Assembly: GCA_017621475.1 (NCBI GenBank)
Contig: JAGATA010000002.1
Coordinates: forward strand, 14,625-78,624
Source: Clostridia bacterium
GTDB taxonomy: Bacteria; Bacillota; Clostridia; Oscillospirales; CAG-272
Length of the DNA stretch: 64,000 nt
Direction: 5' to 3'
The notes under the pieces were generated by a model that saw only the letters and a program-made list of their open reading frames with translations, did not search any database and had not been told where the DNA came from. Position numbers and translations under genes: made by a program. Shown one piece after another: positions 19,339 through 29,338 of this stretch. Each line of letters opens with the position of its first letter. The stretch's first letter is position 1.

Positions 19339-19426
19339 TTTTCTTCTCCAAATGTTTTTTAATAGATATATTTTATTGTAATTTACGCATAAAGTCAAGT
19401 TTTCGCGGTGTTTTCGCAAAAACGCT

Positions 19427-20521
19427 TCACATATTTTCGATTATATCGGCAATTTTTTTGCACGCGGTTCCGTCTCCGTAGGGGTTCTTTGCGTGCGCCA
19501 TACTTTCGTAAAGGGAGGTATCGTCAAGAAGCGCGGAAAATCCCTCTTTAACGGAAGCGTAAGTGTTGCCGATAAGGCGCACCGTGCCCGCCTCCACGCC
19601 CTCGGGGCGCTCCGTCGTTTCTCGCATAACAAGAACGGGAACTCCAAACGCGGGTGCTTCCTCCTGCACTCCGCCGCTATCGCTGAGAACAAGGTAAGCA
19701 CGCGCCATAATATTGTGGAAATCGAACACATCAAGCGGCTCTGTAAGATTTACCTGCGGAAAATCCGCAAACGCCGCCTGTGCCACATCACGCACGGCTG
19801 GGTTCGGGTGAACGGGATAAAGCACGCACACGTCGGGGTGAGAGAGCAATACTTCCTTTATCGCCGCAAACATCCCCTCCATATGTTCACCAAGGTTTTC
19901 GCGCCTGTGCGACGTGAGAAGCACCATACGCCTGCCTTTTGCAAAATCGAGCGCAGGGGAAGAAAAATCTTCTCTTACGGTGTAACGGAGCGCATCTATA
20001 ACGGTGTTGCCCGTGACGAAAACGCTCTCGCGCCTGCGCCCCTCCGCTATAAGACGGTCTGCGGAAAGCTTTGTCGGTGCAAAATGGCAGGAAGCTATGG
20101 AATCCACCGCAACTCTGTTAAATTCCTCGGGGTACGGCGCATTTATATTATATGTGCGAAGCCCTGCCTCCACGTGACCGACGGGAATGCGCAGGTAAAA
20201 CGCGGCAAGAGATGCCGCAAATGCCGTAGTCGTATCTCCGTGAACGAGCAGAAGGTCGCATTTTTCTTTTTCAAGTATTTCGCGCATACCGCGCATAACC
20301 TTTTCCGTTATGTCAAAAAGCGTTTGCCCCTCGCTCATAACAGAGAGGTCGAAATCGGGGACGATGCCGAAAAAGGAAAGCACGGAAGAAAGCATTTCCC
20401 TGTGCTGTCCCGTTACGAGCACTCGCACGGAAATATTTTTTCTCTTTTTCAGTTCAAGCGCAAGAGGACACATTTTTATCGCCTCGGGGCGTGTCCCGAA
20501 AACGAGCATTATATTTTTCAA
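19427..20521 (-). CDS. wecB: UDP-N-acetylglucosamine 2-epimerase (non-hydrolysing)
   Basis: MLVFGTRPEAIKMCPL, HVEAGLRT and DSGGVQEEAP motifs. Confidence 0.9.
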   Translation of the reverse strand: MKNIMLVFGTRPEAIKMCPLALELKKRKNISVRVLVTGQHREMLSSVLSFFGIVPDFDLSVMSEGQTLFDITEKVMRGMREILEKEKCDLLLVHGDTTTAFAASLAAFYLRIPVGHVEAGLRTYNINAPYPEEFNRVAVDSIASCHFAPTKLSADRLIAEGRRRESVFVTGNTVIDALRYTVREDFSSPALDFAKGRRMVLLTSHRRENLGEHMEGMFAAIKEVLLSHPDVCVLYPVHPNPAVRDVAQAAFADFPQVNLTEPLDVFDFHNIMARAYLVLSDSGGVQEEAPAFGVPVLVMRETTERPEGVEAGTVRLIGNTYASVKEGFSALLDDTSLYESMAHAKNPYGDGTACKKIADIIENM

Positions 20522-20605
20522 ATCAAAAACTCCTTCTTGATCTATTTTTCAATAAATATTATAACTCTTTTATAATATTATATCCCTTTTGGCAAAGTAA
20601 AGCAA

Positions 20606-20645
20606 CAAAAAGCCGCGCCTTTTTCGCAAAAGACGCGGTTTTTTC
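20606..20645 (-). terminator. Intrinsic terminator after the mrp-like operon
   Basis: Minus strand reads AACCGCGTC-TTTTGCGAAAAAG-GCGCGGCTTTTTGTTGC. Confidence 0.55.
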
Positions 20646-20646
20646 A

Positions 20647-22695
20647 TCAAAATACAAATATAAGAAGCAAAAGTATCGTGCATATACCAAGGCACGCCAT
20701 AAGAAGCGCAAAGGAAAAGTTTCCGAATATGCGCGAGGTCGTGTGTGATACGGTCTCCATCACGCGGGAAAATTTCTTCGCGTGGGTGTGTTCCTCGCTT
20801 GAAGTAAGCTTATCAAGCACGGAGCCCACGGCATAAGCCACCCTATGCTTGTGACGTACCTGTATTTCCTTCGTATCGCCAAGAACGGTCTTGCGCAGGA
20901 GAAGCGCGAAGAAGTCCGTCACATCGTCAGCCGCGCGGCAGATAACCGAAAGCACGAATATTCCCGCGCCGATAAGGCGTTCGGGAAGCTTATCAAAGAA
21001 AGCAAGCAGCGCACCGAAAGCGGCGATAAATCCCTTACAAACGGGAACGTAAACAAGGTTTTCAAGCGAGAGCTTGTCGCTCCACGGGCAGATATATGTC
21101 TTTCTGCCGTCCTTTCTCTTTATAAGCAGTGTTCTTACAAAGACGAAATAAACAACAGCACCGATCAAAAGCGAGATCAGTACACCTTTAAGGTTTGCCC
21201 ACGCCGTGTATTCCACCGCGTGGTGGAAAGCGTGGCCGTTTGCAAGCGGAAGCATCGTTTGCGTTATCTTTTCCGAAAGCGCGTGCGGAAGTATGCCGAG
21301 CACGATAAGGGGGATGGCGGAAAATATAAGCGCGAGCTTGGAGGCAAGCGAAAGTTTCATCTTTTTGCCATCTCCGCTTCCCTTTTCGATAAAGATAGCA
21401 ACAAAAAGCTTCGTCATATAAGCGACGGTAAGACCGCCGGAGAAAAGGAAGAGCCATTCCACAACGGTAATAAGCGTGCCTGCGTGGTGCGCGTACTCCA
21501 CAATACTTTCGTGAACGAGAGTTTTGGAAATATATCCGCAAAAACCGGGAACACCCGCAAGGCTGCACGCACCCACAAGGAATATTACCGCAAGAAAAGG
21601 CTTCCCTCGGCCGAAGCCGCGAAGCTTGTTAAGGTCAAGCGTGTGCGCGCTCATATATATCGCACCCGCCGCAAGAAAGAGAACAAGCTTGACTACGGAG
21701 TGGTTTATCATATAAAGGAAGGTGCCGTTTGCGGCAAGCGCATTCTCCTCTCCGAGAAGCGTTATCATCGAAACCCCCGTAAGGATAAATCCGATCTGCG
21801 AAAGAGATGAGCAAGCAAGCGTTCTCTTTAAATTTACGGAAAACACCGCAAGCACCGCGCCAAGGACCATTGTAACAACAGCAAGCGCAAGAAGCGTATA
21901 TCCCCAAATCTTATCATCGCGCAGGATGTGACCTGTGATGACGAGTATGCCGAACACTCCGGCCTTCGTAAGCACGCCCGAAAGAAGCGCGCTTGCCGGT
22001 GCGGGGGCTACGGGGTGCGCCTTAGGAAGCCAGATATGAAGCGGAAACATACCTGCCTTTGCACCGAATCCGAAAAGAAGGCAAAATGCACAAACATAAA
22101 GCTTTGCGCTCTTTCCCGAAGCGCTCACCGCTTCGTAAAGCACATCTATTTCAAGCGTCCCTGTGATATTATAAAGCAAGAAAAGGCCCATAAGCGCCAC
22201 CATACCGCCGAGCGCGGCTATAGTGATATACGTCTTTCCCGCCGCCATAGCCTCGTCCGTCTGCTCCTGCACGACCCAAACGTAGGAGGTAAATGACATT
22301 ATTTCAAAGAAGATAAACGTGGTGAAAAGATCTGCGGAAAGGAACACGCCCATCGTCGCGCCGAGCGTGAGCAAAAGGAAGAAGTTGTAGCGCGATTTAT
22401 TATGATGCCCCTTGAAATATTGATGTGAAAGAAGTGCGGAAGCGCTCCACATAAACGCGCTCACAATGCCGTAAACCGCGTGAAAGCCGCCTAACGAAAA
22501 CGAAAAACCGAATATCGGTATTTTAAGGCTTTCACCGTATGCAAACACGGCACAAAGAATACACAAGGCAAAGGTCAGCGCACAGCAGGCCGTGGAAACA
22601 ACGGCGCAATTTTCCTCGTTTTTTCTGCCGACCGCGCGGCATAAGAACGCTGCCGCAAAAGGAAGAAGCACCAAAGCAAAAATAGGCATATTCAT
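20647..22695 (-). CDS. NuoL/MrpA-type antiporter-like subunit with C-terminal lateral-helix-like extension
   Basis: Proton_antipo_M-type core (FIFFEIMSFTSY, GFGAKAGMFPLHIWLPKAHP). It carries an extra C-terminal region of about 190 aa ending in a long charged helix and a final TM (FALLMACLGICTILLLLIFVF). Start set at MNMPIF (22695), which forms an ATGA overlap with the upstream stop. Confidence 0.8.
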   Translation of the reverse strand: MNMPIFALVLLPFAAAFLCRAVGRKNEENCAVVSTACCALTFALCILCAVFAYGESLKIPIFGFSFSLGGFHAVYGIVSAFMWSASALLSHQYFKGHHNKSRYNFFLLLTLGATMGVFLSADLFTTFIFFEIMSFTSYVWVVQEQTDEAMAAGKTYITIAALGGMVALMGLFLLYNITGTLEIDVLYEAVSASGKSAKLYVCAFCLLFGFGAKAGMFPLHIWLPKAHPVAPAPASALLSGVLTKAGVFGILVITGHILRDDKIWGYTLLALAVVTMVLGAVLAVFSVNLKRTLACSSLSQIGFILTGVSMITLLGEENALAANGTFLYMINHSVVKLVLFLAAGAIYMSAHTLDLNKLRGFGRGKPFLAVIFLVGACSLAGVPGFCGYISKTLVHESIVEYAHHAGTLITVVEWLFLFSGGLTVAYMTKLFVAIFIEKGSGDGKKMKLSLASKLALIFSAIPLIVLGILPHALSEKITQTMLPLANGHAFHHAVEYTAWANLKGVLISLLIGAVVYFVFVRTLLIKRKDGRKTYICPWSDKLSLENLVYVPVCKGFIAAFGALLAFFDKLPERLIGAGIFVLSVICRAADDVTDFFALLLRKTVLGDTKEIQVRHKHRVAYAVGSVLDKLTSSEEHTHAKKFSRVMETVSHTTSRIFGNFSFALLMACLGICTILLLLIFVF

Positions 22696-24158
22696 ATTCC
22701 CACCGCCTTTGTAATAATTTCTATAAAACCGCCTGAGAAAATGCCGAGAATAACGCAGGCAAGCGCGCATACGAGCATCGCACTTTTCATAAGAACGCCG
22801 GCATCACGAACGCCGTCCAAATCCGTCGCTTTTTCCTTGTCGGGAAAATACGCCTTTATGCAAACGGAAAGTGCGTACATCGCCGTAAGAAAAGCCGATA
22901 TCATAAGCACCGCTGTACCGACAAGCGCGAGGGGAGAGCCCTGTGCAATTGCTCCCTCGGCAATAAGCCATTTGCTGACAAAGCCGCAAAGCGGAGGTAT
23001 GCCCACAAGGGAAAGCGCCGCAACGGTGAAAAAAGCGAATGTTACCGGCATCTTGCGACCGATTCCGTCAAGCTCGCGTATATATTCCTTACCGGCGTGA
23101 TGAAGTACCGCGCCCACGGCAAAGAAAAGACAGATCTTTATAACGGAGTGGAAAACAAGGTGTGCAAACGAAGCGGTAAGCCCTGTATCCGTCATAAGCG
23201 TGGCGGCAAAAATGATATAAGAAAGATTTGCCACCGTGGAATAAGCCATACGGCGTTTAAAATGCGTTTGCTTGAACGCTTTTGAAGAGCCGTAAAGAAT
23301 GGTTATGATGGCAAAGAGCATTGCCACCGCCTGCGCCCAAGTGCCCGAAAGCACATCCGTGCCGTATGAATAATAGATAAGACGGATTATGGCGAACACG
23401 CCCGCCTTTACCACAGCGACCGCGTGAAGAAGCGCGGTTACGGGAGTGGGTGCGACTGATGCCGCAGGAAGCCAGCCGTGGAACGGGAATATCGCCCCTT
23501 TTACGCCGAAACCGAAGAAAGCGAAAAGGAAAAGCACAAGCGCCGTTCCCTGCTCGCTCATACCAATCGAAAGTGAACCGCCGAGTGCAAAATCCGCCGC
23601 CCCTTTGCTGACAAGGAAAACGACCGCAGAAAATGCGAACGCCGCACCGCCGAAGGAATAAAGCATGTATTTTTTCGCGGCGGCAATATTTTTTTCTTCC
23701 GCGCCGTACATAACAAGCGGAATAGTGAAAAGTGTAAGAAGCTCATAGAAAAGATACATCGTAACGATGTCGCTTGCAAAAGCCACACCCATTGTCGCGC
23801 CGAAAGCCATTATGAAAAAGGCGTAAAACGTGTTCGTTTTTCCCTCGTGCGCCATATATTCAAAGGCGTAAAGCGCTGTCACGGGCCAAAGCGTTGCGGC
23901 AAGGCAGGAAAATATCTTTCCTGCGCCATCAATAGAAAACTCAAAATTCACCCCATCCGTAAAGCGGATGAGGGTAAGCTTTTCATCTGTCGCACCAAGG
24001 GCAAGCGCCCAAACCGCCAATGCAGAGAGGAGAAGCACCGCTAAAGTGAATATGTTCCTCGTTCTTTTTTTACACTCGGGGATAAAATACGAAAGCGCAC
24101 CGAAGACTATCGGAAAAAGAACGGGAAAAAGCAACAATATTTCATTCATACCGTTCAC
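22692..24158 (-). CDS. mrpD: MrpD/NuoN-type antiporter-like subunit (copy 3)
   Basis: 488 aa. Has YLFYELLTLFTIPLV and GFGVKGAIFPFHGWLPAASVAPTPV motifs. Confidence 0.85.
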   Translation of the reverse strand: MNGMNEILLLFPVLFPIVFGALSYFIPECKKRTRNIFTLAVLLLSALAVWALALGATDEKLTLIRFTDGVNFEFSIDGAGKIFSCLAATLWPVTALYAFEYMAHEGKTNTFYAFFIMAFGATMGVAFASDIVTMYLFYELLTLFTIPLVMYGAEEKNIAAAKKYMLYSFGGAAFAFSAVVFLVSKGAADFALGGSLSIGMSEQGTALVLFLFAFFGFGVKGAIFPFHGWLPAASVAPTPVTALLHAVAVVKAGVFAIIRLIYYSYGTDVLSGTWAQAVAMLFAIITILYGSSKAFKQTHFKRRMAYSTVANLSYIIFAATLMTDTGLTASFAHLVFHSVIKICLFFAVGAVLHHAGKEYIRELDGIGRKMPVTFAFFTVAALSLVGIPPLCGFVSKWLIAEGAIAQGSPLALVGTAVLMISAFLTAMYALSVCIKAYFPDKEKATDLDGVRDAGVLMKSAMLVCALACVILGIFSGGFIEIITKAVGI

Positions 24159-24159
24159 C

Positions 24160-25608
24160 TTACATCACAGAAGAAGCGATTCTTCCTATAATATCCGTAA
24201 CGGGGGCGGCGAAAAGTCCGCCCAAAAGACAAAGGATGGCGAGTATTACTATGGGAATAAGCATAAGAACAGGTTCTTTTCTTATCTCCATAGTCTGTGC
24301 GCTTCCCTCTCTCGGGAAAAATGCGTGTATGGAGATAGAAAGGAGATAGCCCGCCGTAAGAAGCGCGGAAGCAAGCAGCACCACGGGAACAAGCCACGCA
24401 AACACGCCGAGAGAAGACTCTAAAGAAGCGCTCGCAAGATACCATTTACTGATAAAACCGCCCGTGGGAGGAATACCTATAAGGGAAAGCGAAAGGAGCG
24501 TGAAGCAAGAGAACGTCACAGGCATCTTGCGTCCCATACCGTGAACTTCGTCCACGTTAGTTTTGCCATAGAGGAAGATAAGCGCACCGCAACAAAGGAA
24601 AAGACCGACTTTTACTATTGCGTGGAAAAGTATCTGCAAAAGTGCGCCCTCCACGCCCGCTTCCGTAAAGAGGAAAAGACCGCAGAGTACGTAGGAGATC
24701 TGGCTTACCGTGGAGTAAGCAAGGCGCTTTTTGAACACCTTTTCGCGGTATGCCATCATAGAACCCATAAGTACCGTGAGAAGGCAGAGGCAAAGTAGCG
24801 CCGTCTGAACCCAAGTGCCGAAAAGCACGTCCGCGCCAACAGTAAAAAACACGGTGCGGATGATGGCAAGAACACCTGCCTTTGCAATTATCGCGGAAAG
24901 GAGGGCGCTCGCCGGGGCAGGAGCCACGGGGTGCGCCGTGGGGAGCCAGCCGTGAAGCGGAAACATGCCCGCTTTTGCGCCAAAGCCCACGCACATAACA
25001 AAAACAGCGGCAAGCGCAAGAGGGCTCGCATTTTCCAAGTTTCCGCCTGCGGCAAACTCCAGCGAGCATTCGCCCGAAAGAACGAATATGCCGAAAAGTG
25101 CGGCAAATGCGCCTGCGACGGAATAATAAAGATATTTCTTCGCCGCGGCAACGGACTCTTTTGAAAGAGAGTGTATTACAAGCGGTGCGGAGAAAAGCGT
25201 TACGAATTCATAGAAAACGTACATAGAAACAAGACCTGCGGAAAGTGCCGCGCCGACCATCGCGCCCTCGGAAAGGAGCATAAAGGAGAAAAATCTTTCC
25301 TCATCCTTTTCGTGTTTCATATAAACGCAAGCGTAAAGAAGCACCAAAAGCCAGCCCACGCAGATAATTCCAAGGAAGAATTTTGCAAGCATATCGGAAG
25401 AAAAGCCAAGCGTTATAACGTCCGTTATCTTGAAAACGCCCGTGCGCATTGTTTGGGAAAAGATGATAAGCGCACAGAATACACTTTCAACCGCCTGCAT
25501 AGCTATCACGAGAGAAAGCTTTGCTTTGCGGCTTTCTATATTTTTCAGAAACGGCACGATAAGTCCGCAAACAAGCGGAAAAACTACTGCCATAACAAGT
25601 ATAAACAT
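24160..25608 (-). CDS. mrpD: MrpD/NuoM-type antiporter-like subunit (copy 2)
   Basis: 482 aa. Has YVFYEFVTLFSAPLV and GFGAKAGMFPLHGWLPTAHPVAPAP motifs. Confidence 0.85.
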   Translation of the reverse strand: MFILVMAVVFPLVCGLIVPFLKNIESRKAKLSLVIAMQAVESVFCALIIFSQTMRTGVFKITDVITLGFSSDMLAKFFLGIICVGWLLVLLYACVYMKHEKDEERFFSFMLLSEGAMVGAALSAGLVSMYVFYEFVTLFSAPLVIHSLSKESVAAAKKYLYYSVAGAFAALFGIFVLSGECSLEFAAGGNLENASPLALAAVFVMCVGFGAKAGMFPLHGWLPTAHPVAPAPASALLSAIIAKAGVLAIIRTVFFTVGADVLFGTWVQTALLCLCLLTVLMGSMMAYREKVFKKRLAYSTVSQISYVLCGLFLFTEAGVEGALLQILFHAIVKVGLFLCCGALIFLYGKTNVDEVHGMGRKMPVTFSCFTLLSLSLIGIPPTGGFISKWYLASASLESSLGVFAWLVPVVLLASALLTAGYLLSISIHAFFPREGSAQTMEIRKEPVLMLIPIVILAILCLLGGLFAAPVTDIIGRIASSVM

Positions 25609-25623
25609 TTTAATTTACCTCTT

Positions 25624-27132
25624 TCAGCGTACATTCATAAAAAGTTCAATTCCCTTTTCGAGCAATGACGATATCGGCTGTGAATTTAGTCCTACAGCTA
25701 TATTCAAAGCTATAAATACGATCGTGCAAACGGCAAAGGAAGCGCACGCGCGCGTCTTTGCCTGTGCGCCGTTCTCCGCGCCAAGCGGATAGTAAACGGT
25801 AAGGGCGGTACGCATAAAGTACATTACGTTGAGCATCGTGCTCACAGCAAGCGCGATAAGCACAAAAAACATCTTTGCGCCGCCCTCGAAAGCGGAAGCG
25901 GCAAACAGCAATTTGGGGATAAATCCCGCAAATATCGGCACGCCCACCATGGAAAGTGCGCCCGCAAGGAAAACAGCCCCTGCTACTTTATTTTTATGTG
26001 CGCAAGAGCGCAGGGAAGCAAAATCCTGCTTGCCGCCTGCGGCATCGCAAAGACCGCCGGCGGAGATAAAGAGCATCGATTTGGTAAGCGAATGGGATAT
26101 TATCTGGAAAAGCGAGGCAACAAGCGCCGTACGAGTTCCAAGCCCCAGACCCATATAAATATAACCTATCTGCGCCGCGGAGGAAAAAGCTATCATAAAT
26201 TTGATGTTTTTCGTGCGGATAGCGGAAACAGAGCCGACAACCATTCCGAGTATGCCGAAAACAAAAAGTATGTTTTGCACACCCGTTGCAAGGAAAACGT
26301 CAAAACCGATAACACGGAAAATTATTTTAAAGAGCAAGAAAATGTATCCCTTGGATATAACACCCGAAAGTATGGCAGAAGCGGCAGGCGTTGCTGTTCC
26401 ATAAGTATCAGGCATCCAAAAGTGGAACGGGAAAAGACCGCTTTTTACGCAGAGCCCCGAAACTATAAGACCTATCGCCACAGTAAGCGGGAAATTGTAG
26501 CTTCCATCGCGCCAAAGAAGCGTTATCGCTTCATAAAGATTTGTAAAAAGCAAATGACCCGTTATAGAATAGATAAGAATTATGCCGATAAGCAAAAAGC
26601 CCGAACCGATAAGGCTGAAGATCATATATCTTGTCGCGGCGATAAGAGATTTTCCCTTATCGCTTGCCATAAGAAGCGAGCAGGAGGCTATAGTGCATAT
26701 CTCCACAAAAACGTAAGCTGTAAAAATATCGTTCGTGTAGCAAAGCGCGGCAAGGGCGGCGTGGCAAAGGTTTATCATAACATAGAAAAGTTTCTGCTTT
26801 TCTTCGGGAATATCGGAAAATATGCGTCTTTTCCCGCCCAAAACGGAAAGAAGCATCACCACCTCAAAAATAAGCACAAAGAAAGGCTCCAGAAGTCCCG
26901 CGGATATTTCATTTCCGATTGGCGCGTCGTAATGACCCATACGGTAAACAAAATAGCCTGTTTCGGAAGAAAGGTTATACGCAAGCACAAAGCAGGACAT
27001 AACAGCGCCCGCCAAGAGAAGAAAATACGTCACAAAACGCGCACGGCTTCCCTTGAAGGCAAAGGCAACGACCGCGCTGAAAAGAGAAAGAACTATCGTT
27101 ATAAACGGGAAATTCATCAAAAAGTCCATCAT
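25624..27132 (-). CDS. mrpD: MrpD/NuoN-type antiporter-like subunit (copy 1)
   Basis: 502 aa. Has YVFVEICTIASCSLL and GLCVKSGLFPFHFWMPDTYGTATP motifs. ATGA overlap with the mrpC stop. Confidence 0.85.
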   Translation of the reverse strand: MMDFLMNFPFITIVLSLFSAVVAFAFKGSRARFVTYFLLLAGAVMSCFVLAYNLSSETGYFVYRMGHYDAPIGNEISAGLLEPFFVLIFEVVMLLSVLGGKRRIFSDIPEEKQKLFYVMINLCHAALAALCYTNDIFTAYVFVEICTIASCSLLMASDKGKSLIAATRYMIFSLIGSGFLLIGIILIYSITGHLLFTNLYEAITLLWRDGSYNFPLTVAIGLIVSGLCVKSGLFPFHFWMPDTYGTATPAASAILSGVISKGYIFLLFKIIFRVIGFDVFLATGVQNILFVFGILGMVVGSVSAIRTKNIKFMIAFSSAAQIGYIYMGLGLGTRTALVASLFQIISHSLTKSMLFISAGGLCDAAGGKQDFASLRSCAHKNKVAGAVFLAGALSMVGVPIFAGFIPKLLFAASAFEGGAKMFFVLIALAVSTMLNVMYFMRTALTVYYPLGAENGAQAKTRACASFAVCTIVFIALNIAVGLNSQPISSLLEKGIELFMNVR

Positions 27133-27551
27133 TCCTCCTCCTTCTTCATATGCATATACATTTCATCAAGGTCGAGGGTATGGTATTTTTTATAAAGGCG
27201 CACGCACAGCGCAAGCGTGAGTGCGGAAACGCTTACGGAAACCACAATGCCCGTGAGCACAAGACCCGAAGGTATCGGGTTTATATAATCCATCGGGTTT
27301 ACCTCGCCCTCGGCGGGGACGATCGGTGTAAGAGCATCCTTGATATATCCCATAGACGCAAGGAAGAGATACACCCCCGTATCCATAATATTGAGCCCGA
27401 TTATCTTTTTAAGCAGATTTTTTGAAAAAACAAGCATCGTAAAGCCTATTACAAAAAGTATCATCGCAACAAGCTCTTCGTAATTTTCAAGCAAATTCAA
27501 TTCATACGCCCCCTTTTGAAAAGCATATAGAAGCTGTACATCGTGCAGCAC
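27129..27551 (-). CDS. mrpC: MrpC/MnhC (NuoK-like) subunit
   Basis: NLLKKIIGLNIMDTGVYLFL and NPIPSGLVLTGIVVSVSVSALTLAL motifs. The true start is probably internal (a TTG near 27503), because the annotated 5-prime end overlaps the MnhB gene by 55 nt. Confidence 0.75.
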   Translation of the reverse strand: MLHDVQLLYAFQKGAYELNLLENYEELVAMILFVIGFTMLVFSKNLLKKIIGLNIMDTGVYLFLASMGYIKDALTPIVPAEGEVNPMDYINPIPSGLVLTGIVVSVSVSALTLALCVRLYKKYHTLDLDEMYMHMKKEEE

Positions 27552-28414
27552 ACCACAAGGCCGACAGCTATATTAAGCGGCATTATAAGACCTCCCGAAA
27601 GTATATCCCCCGGAGTTCCCGCAGAGATAACGGAGTGAACTCCGTTAAATTCGTTGCCCGTAAAGAAAGAGTAGCTCTTTGCAAGGCAATAGAAAGAAAG
27701 AGAGCAAATTGTAACTACCTTTATCTTTCTCTCGCTCAGAACCTTAAGCGCCTGCTCGTCCCCATAAACCATAGCGTAGAGTATAAATCCCGCGCCGAGG
27801 ATAGCACCGCCCGAAAAGCCGCCGCCGGGAGAAAGATGCCCGTTTACAAGAATATAAGCGCCGAAAACAAGTATCAGCGGAATGAGTATCGCCGCCATAG
27901 ATTTAACGATGGGATCGCGGGAATAATTCACCGTTTCGTGCATTTCCTTTTTGGGCTTTTTGTGCTTATCGTCCATAAGGATAAGCACCGCGCAAGTTGC
28001 CGTAAAAAGCACAAAGGATTCTCCCAAGGTATCGAACGCGCGGTAATCAAGTATCATACCCGCGACGGTGTTGACAGCGCCCGTTTCGTCCCTTCCCTGA
28101 GCGACGTAATGCTCATATACTTCGTTTACAGCAGGTACGTCCGAGCTTGCAAAAGTCGGAAGAAAATATACCGTCGCCGTAAGTATGCCGATAAGTATAA
28201 CGCAGAAAACAACGGAAAGCACCTTGTATTCTTTAAAGGATAATTTTATCTCCTTTTTCTCCAGAGAGCGGATTATTTTCGTTTCCTCCGCTTCCTCTTT
28301 TTTGGAAATGCGTGAAGGGGCTTCCGTTCTTTTCTCTTCCGCTATTTTTTCTGTAAGGTCAACTTCGCCGGAAAGCCACGCGGAAAATTTTTCGGAAAAT
28401 TTATTTTTCATCAT
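27497..28414 (-). CDS. mrpB: MnhB/MrpB domain subunit with a charged N-terminal extension of about 60 aa
   Basis: GAVNTVAGMILDYRAFDTLGESFVLFTA is the MnhB signature. The N-terminal 60 aa are Lys/Glu-rich and precede the first TM span. Confidence 0.75.
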   Translation of the reverse strand: MMKNKFSEKFSAWLSGEVDLTEKIAEEKRTEAPSRISKKEEAEETKIIRSLEKKEIKLSFKEYKVLSVVFCVILIGILTATVYFLPTFASSDVPAVNEVYEHYVAQGRDETGAVNTVAGMILDYRAFDTLGESFVLFTATCAVLILMDDKHKKPKKEMHETVNYSRDPIVKSMAAILIPLILVFGAYILVNGHLSPGGGFSGGAILGAGFILYAMVYGDEQALKVLSERKIKVVTICSLSFYCLAKSYSFFTGNEFNGVHSVISAGTPGDILSGGLIMPLNIAVGLVVCCTMYSFYMLFKRGRMN

Positions 28415-28718
28415 TTTTTTCCTCCTTGCTTTCGTTTGCCGCCCGAAGCTCTTCTTCCTTATCCTTATCTATAAGATGGAGCTTGCGAAGTGTGAGGAAG
28501 AAAAGCACGCCCGTAACACCGGCACCTACAGCCGCCTCCGTTATAGCGAGGTCGGGAGAGCGCAAAAGCACCCACACAACGGACATAATTATGCTGTAAG
28601 CGGTAAATATTATTATCATAGTCATCGGCTTTTTTGAAAGAGCAGTTGCCACAGCGCACACTAATAGTGAAATAAGGAGGATCATTCTGAATATGGGTAT
28701 CAGTAATTCCATTTTCAT
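28401..28718 (-). CDS. DUF4040 (MbhD-like / MrpA C-terminal-like) membrane subunit
   Basis: About 105 aa with 3 TM spans. LLRSPDLAITEAAVGAGVTGVLF resembles DUF4040. Start set to ATG 28718 (ATGA overlap with the mrpG stop). Confidence 0.6.
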   Translation of the reverse strand: MKMELLIPIFRMILLISLLVCAVATALSKKPMTMIIIFTAYSIIMSVVWVLLRSPDLAITEAAVGAGVTGVLFFLTLRKLHLIDKDKEEELRAANESKEEKNDEK

Positions 28719-29044
28719 TCCTCCTTCGGAAGCTCGCAATGCTCGCCTATATGCTCGTCCGTCATATATTCCGCCTTGGTAAGCATGTGGGAGGTAAGCG
28801 GGCAGGTACACCACTGAATAAAAATTATAAGCGCAAATTTTACAAGCATAATATCAAGCCCTATGGCAAAAATACTTCCTATAAAAAAGAACATCAGCAC
28901 GATGGTGTCGTTCATCGCAGCGCAATGTATGCGGTTGAGCGCAAAACGGAAACGGTACGTTCCAAGTATTGAGATAAAAAGCATAACAATAGCCACGGCA
29001 AATGAAAGTGCCACAGCGCCGAATTTTATCCATTCGAGAATCAT
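28715..29044 (-). CDS. mrpG: MrpG/MnhG subunit
   Basis: 109 aa with 3 TM spans. LGTYRFRFALNRIHCAAMNDTI resembles the MnhG RxPDxxxRxHA region. Confidence 0.7.
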   Translation of the reverse strand: MILEWIKFGAVALSFAVAIVMLFISILGTYRFRFALNRIHCAAMNDTIVLMFFFIGSIFAIGLDIMLVKFALIIFIQWCTCPLTSHMLTKAEYMTDEHIGEHCELPKEE

Positions 29045-29337
29045 TTTTTACCTCCGTTCTTCGTGCCGAAAAGATTGATATATATCTTGCAGAGTATCAT
29101 CACGGCCAGAAAGCTGAGCACGACGTATATCATACCTATATCGGGAAGATAGGTTTCACCGAAAAGGAGTGAAAGCACGCATATTGCGCTTACCACGATG
29201 GTAGTTATCATATTGATACCGATAAACCTATCCACCGTTCTTTTGCCCGTTATCGCGCGGATAAGGCAGAGCAAAAGCGCAATGCCAAGGAAAACGAGCA
29301 CGGTCGAATACAGAATATTATAGGCATTCTCTATCAT
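29041..29337 (-). CDS. mrpF: MrpF/MnhF subunit
   Basis: About 98 aa. Has a CLIRAITGKRTVDRFIGINMITT motif. Start trimmed from the TTG at 29358 to the ATG at 29337. Confidence 0.7.
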   Translation of the reverse strand: MIENAYNILYSTVLVFLGIALLLCLIRAITGKRTVDRFIGINMITTIVVSAICVLSLLFGETYLPDIGMIYVVLSFLAVMILCKIYINLFGTKNGGKK

Positions 29338-29338
29338 T

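Noticed and set aside
20491-20748. An 85-aa plus-strand ORF spans the wecB-mrp intergenic region.
   Set aside because: It crosses a terminator and the 3-prime end of the last mrp gene in antisense. Its composition is Lys/Phe-rich junk and it has no RBS.
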